From a virus (Duplodnaviria > Caudoviricetes), in the IMG/VR virus record IMGVR_UViG_3300042992_000187, positions 1 to 26,122 of that record: a DNA stretch of 26,122 bases; one strand, 5' to 3'. Every line of letters starts with the position of its first letter. Position 1 is the first letter of the stretch. A program made the translations under genes and the position numbers. The notes beneath the pieces were generated by a model. That model was given only the letters and a program-made list of their open reading frames with translations, made no database searches and was not told the DNA's origin. This document shows positions 25,232 to 26,122 of this stretch, one piece after another.

Positions 25232-26122
25232 TTAAAAGGGTATTACGTTTGTGCCGGAAAATTCGCTAACGGCGTCGTAATCGCCAACGAGCAATTCTAT
25301 ACCACGGAATCCGCGCAGTCCACTAGCCGTATCCCGCCAGATGGTAAGGCCGCGGGTCTTGAGGGCTTGGCTGAAGCGTTTCTGGCTGTATCCAAGTCCG
25401 GCCTTCTCGCCGGTTTCTTGGCACCACTTAATCCAGTCTTGATACAAGTCCTTGCTGAATACGGTGGCGTTGGACCGCATGACGCAACGGTCTGCAATCC
25501 AACGGCCCAGCGCGTCCTCGCCTTCCAGATATTCTTCGGTGGCCGACAGCACCACGTCCGGGGCGGACAGGCCAGCGGCGTTCCAGATGACCGAGCCTTC
25601 GATGGCCCACGCCAAAATCTGCGGGTATTCTTCGCGGAGTTTGTCGGGCAGTTCGTGGTCGGGCTTCGGCGGGCGGTGCGTGAACGGGACAAGGTGCATC
25701 CGGCGTTTCATCGCGGCGTCCACGTTGGCCAGTTGCGGGGCGTGGTTGCCGGCGAACAACAGGGTGAACTGCGGGGTAAACGTGAAGAAGTCTTGACGCA
25801 TAAACCGGGCTTTGATGGGGTCGCCGCCGGTCAGGCTTTTCAGCTTGGCTTCGTCCCAGCGTCGGCCCTCTTGGGTTTCGGACGCCGTGACAAGGCGCGC
25901 GCCGACCAGCCCGGCCAAGTCGGTGGGGTGACGGTCATAGGTCGATGCGACGAATACGTCCATGGGTGCCACTTGAGCGTACTCGCCCATGATGGCCGTC
26001 AGGCAGTTCAGGAACAGCGACTTGCCGTTGCCGCCCTCGCCATAGAAGAAGGCGACCATGTGTTCGCGGTTTGAGCCGGTCAAGGCGTAGCCCGCGAGGC
26101 GTTGCAGATACGACTCTAGTTC
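25232..26122 (-). CDS. D5/P4-family primase-helicase, SF3 helicase part (5'-truncated by the window)
   Basis: Frame is open to the window edge (ELESYLQRLAGYALTG); Walker A GEGGNGKS, 'GARLV.ASE', 'KSLTGGD.I.ARF', 'GNH.P', 'A.KRR..LVPF'. Confidence 0.93.
   Translation of the reverse strand, partial: ELESYLQRLAGYALTGSNREHMVAFFYGEGGNGKSLFLNCLTAIMGEYAQVAPMDVFVASTYDRHPTDLAGLVGARLVTASETQEGRRWDEAKLKSLTGGDPIKARFMRQDFFTFTPQFTLLFAGNHAPQLANVDAAMKRRMHLVPFTHRPPKPDHELPDKLREEYPQILAWAIEGSVIWNAAGLSAPDVVLSATEEYLEGEDALGRWIADRCVMRSNATVFSKDLYQDWIKWCQETGEKAGLGYSQKRFSQALKTRGLTIWRDTASGLRGFRGIELLVGDYDAVSEFSGTNVIPF

Noticed and set aside
1-26122. tRNA, rRNA, CRISPR array, alternative genetic code
   Set aside because: No cloverleaf or spaced repeat array was seen, and genes tile the window under the standard code with TAA, TGA and TAG all used as stops.

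Overview
This is a 26-kb segment of a tailed dsDNA phage or prophage with podovirus-type (P22/LUZ24-like) architecture; its two-component spanin and lipoboxes imply a Gram-negative host. The + strand (300-23537) is one long packaging/morphogenesis run: short serine recombinase, TerS, TerL, portal, scaffold, major capsid, adaptor, long tail fibre with S74 chaperone plus accessory proteins, a first lysis-like group (Cys-rich lipoprotein, 2-TM protein, GH19 endolysin), a second short fibre module, a second lysis group (holin-like genes, i-/o-spanin), nozzle, GNAT-like protein, ejection proteins and a small basic protein. The - strand (26122-23592) holds the end of a replication operon: D5/P4-type primase-helicase (truncated by the window), HTH-metallophosphoesterase, HEXXH protein and a TraR/DksA-like protein. 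The most notable unexplained signals are (1) a ~70-nt transcription unit between terL and portal whose 5' half is complementary to a Shine-Dalgarno+AUG, i.e. a candidate anti-RBS sRNA with in-window targets; (2) a 24-bp near-palindrome centred on AT upstream of a truncated serine recombinase heading the packaging operon; (3) apparent absence of GATC and near-absence of CCWGG and GCWGC. All calls come from reading motifs by eye; no database searches or folding programs were run.
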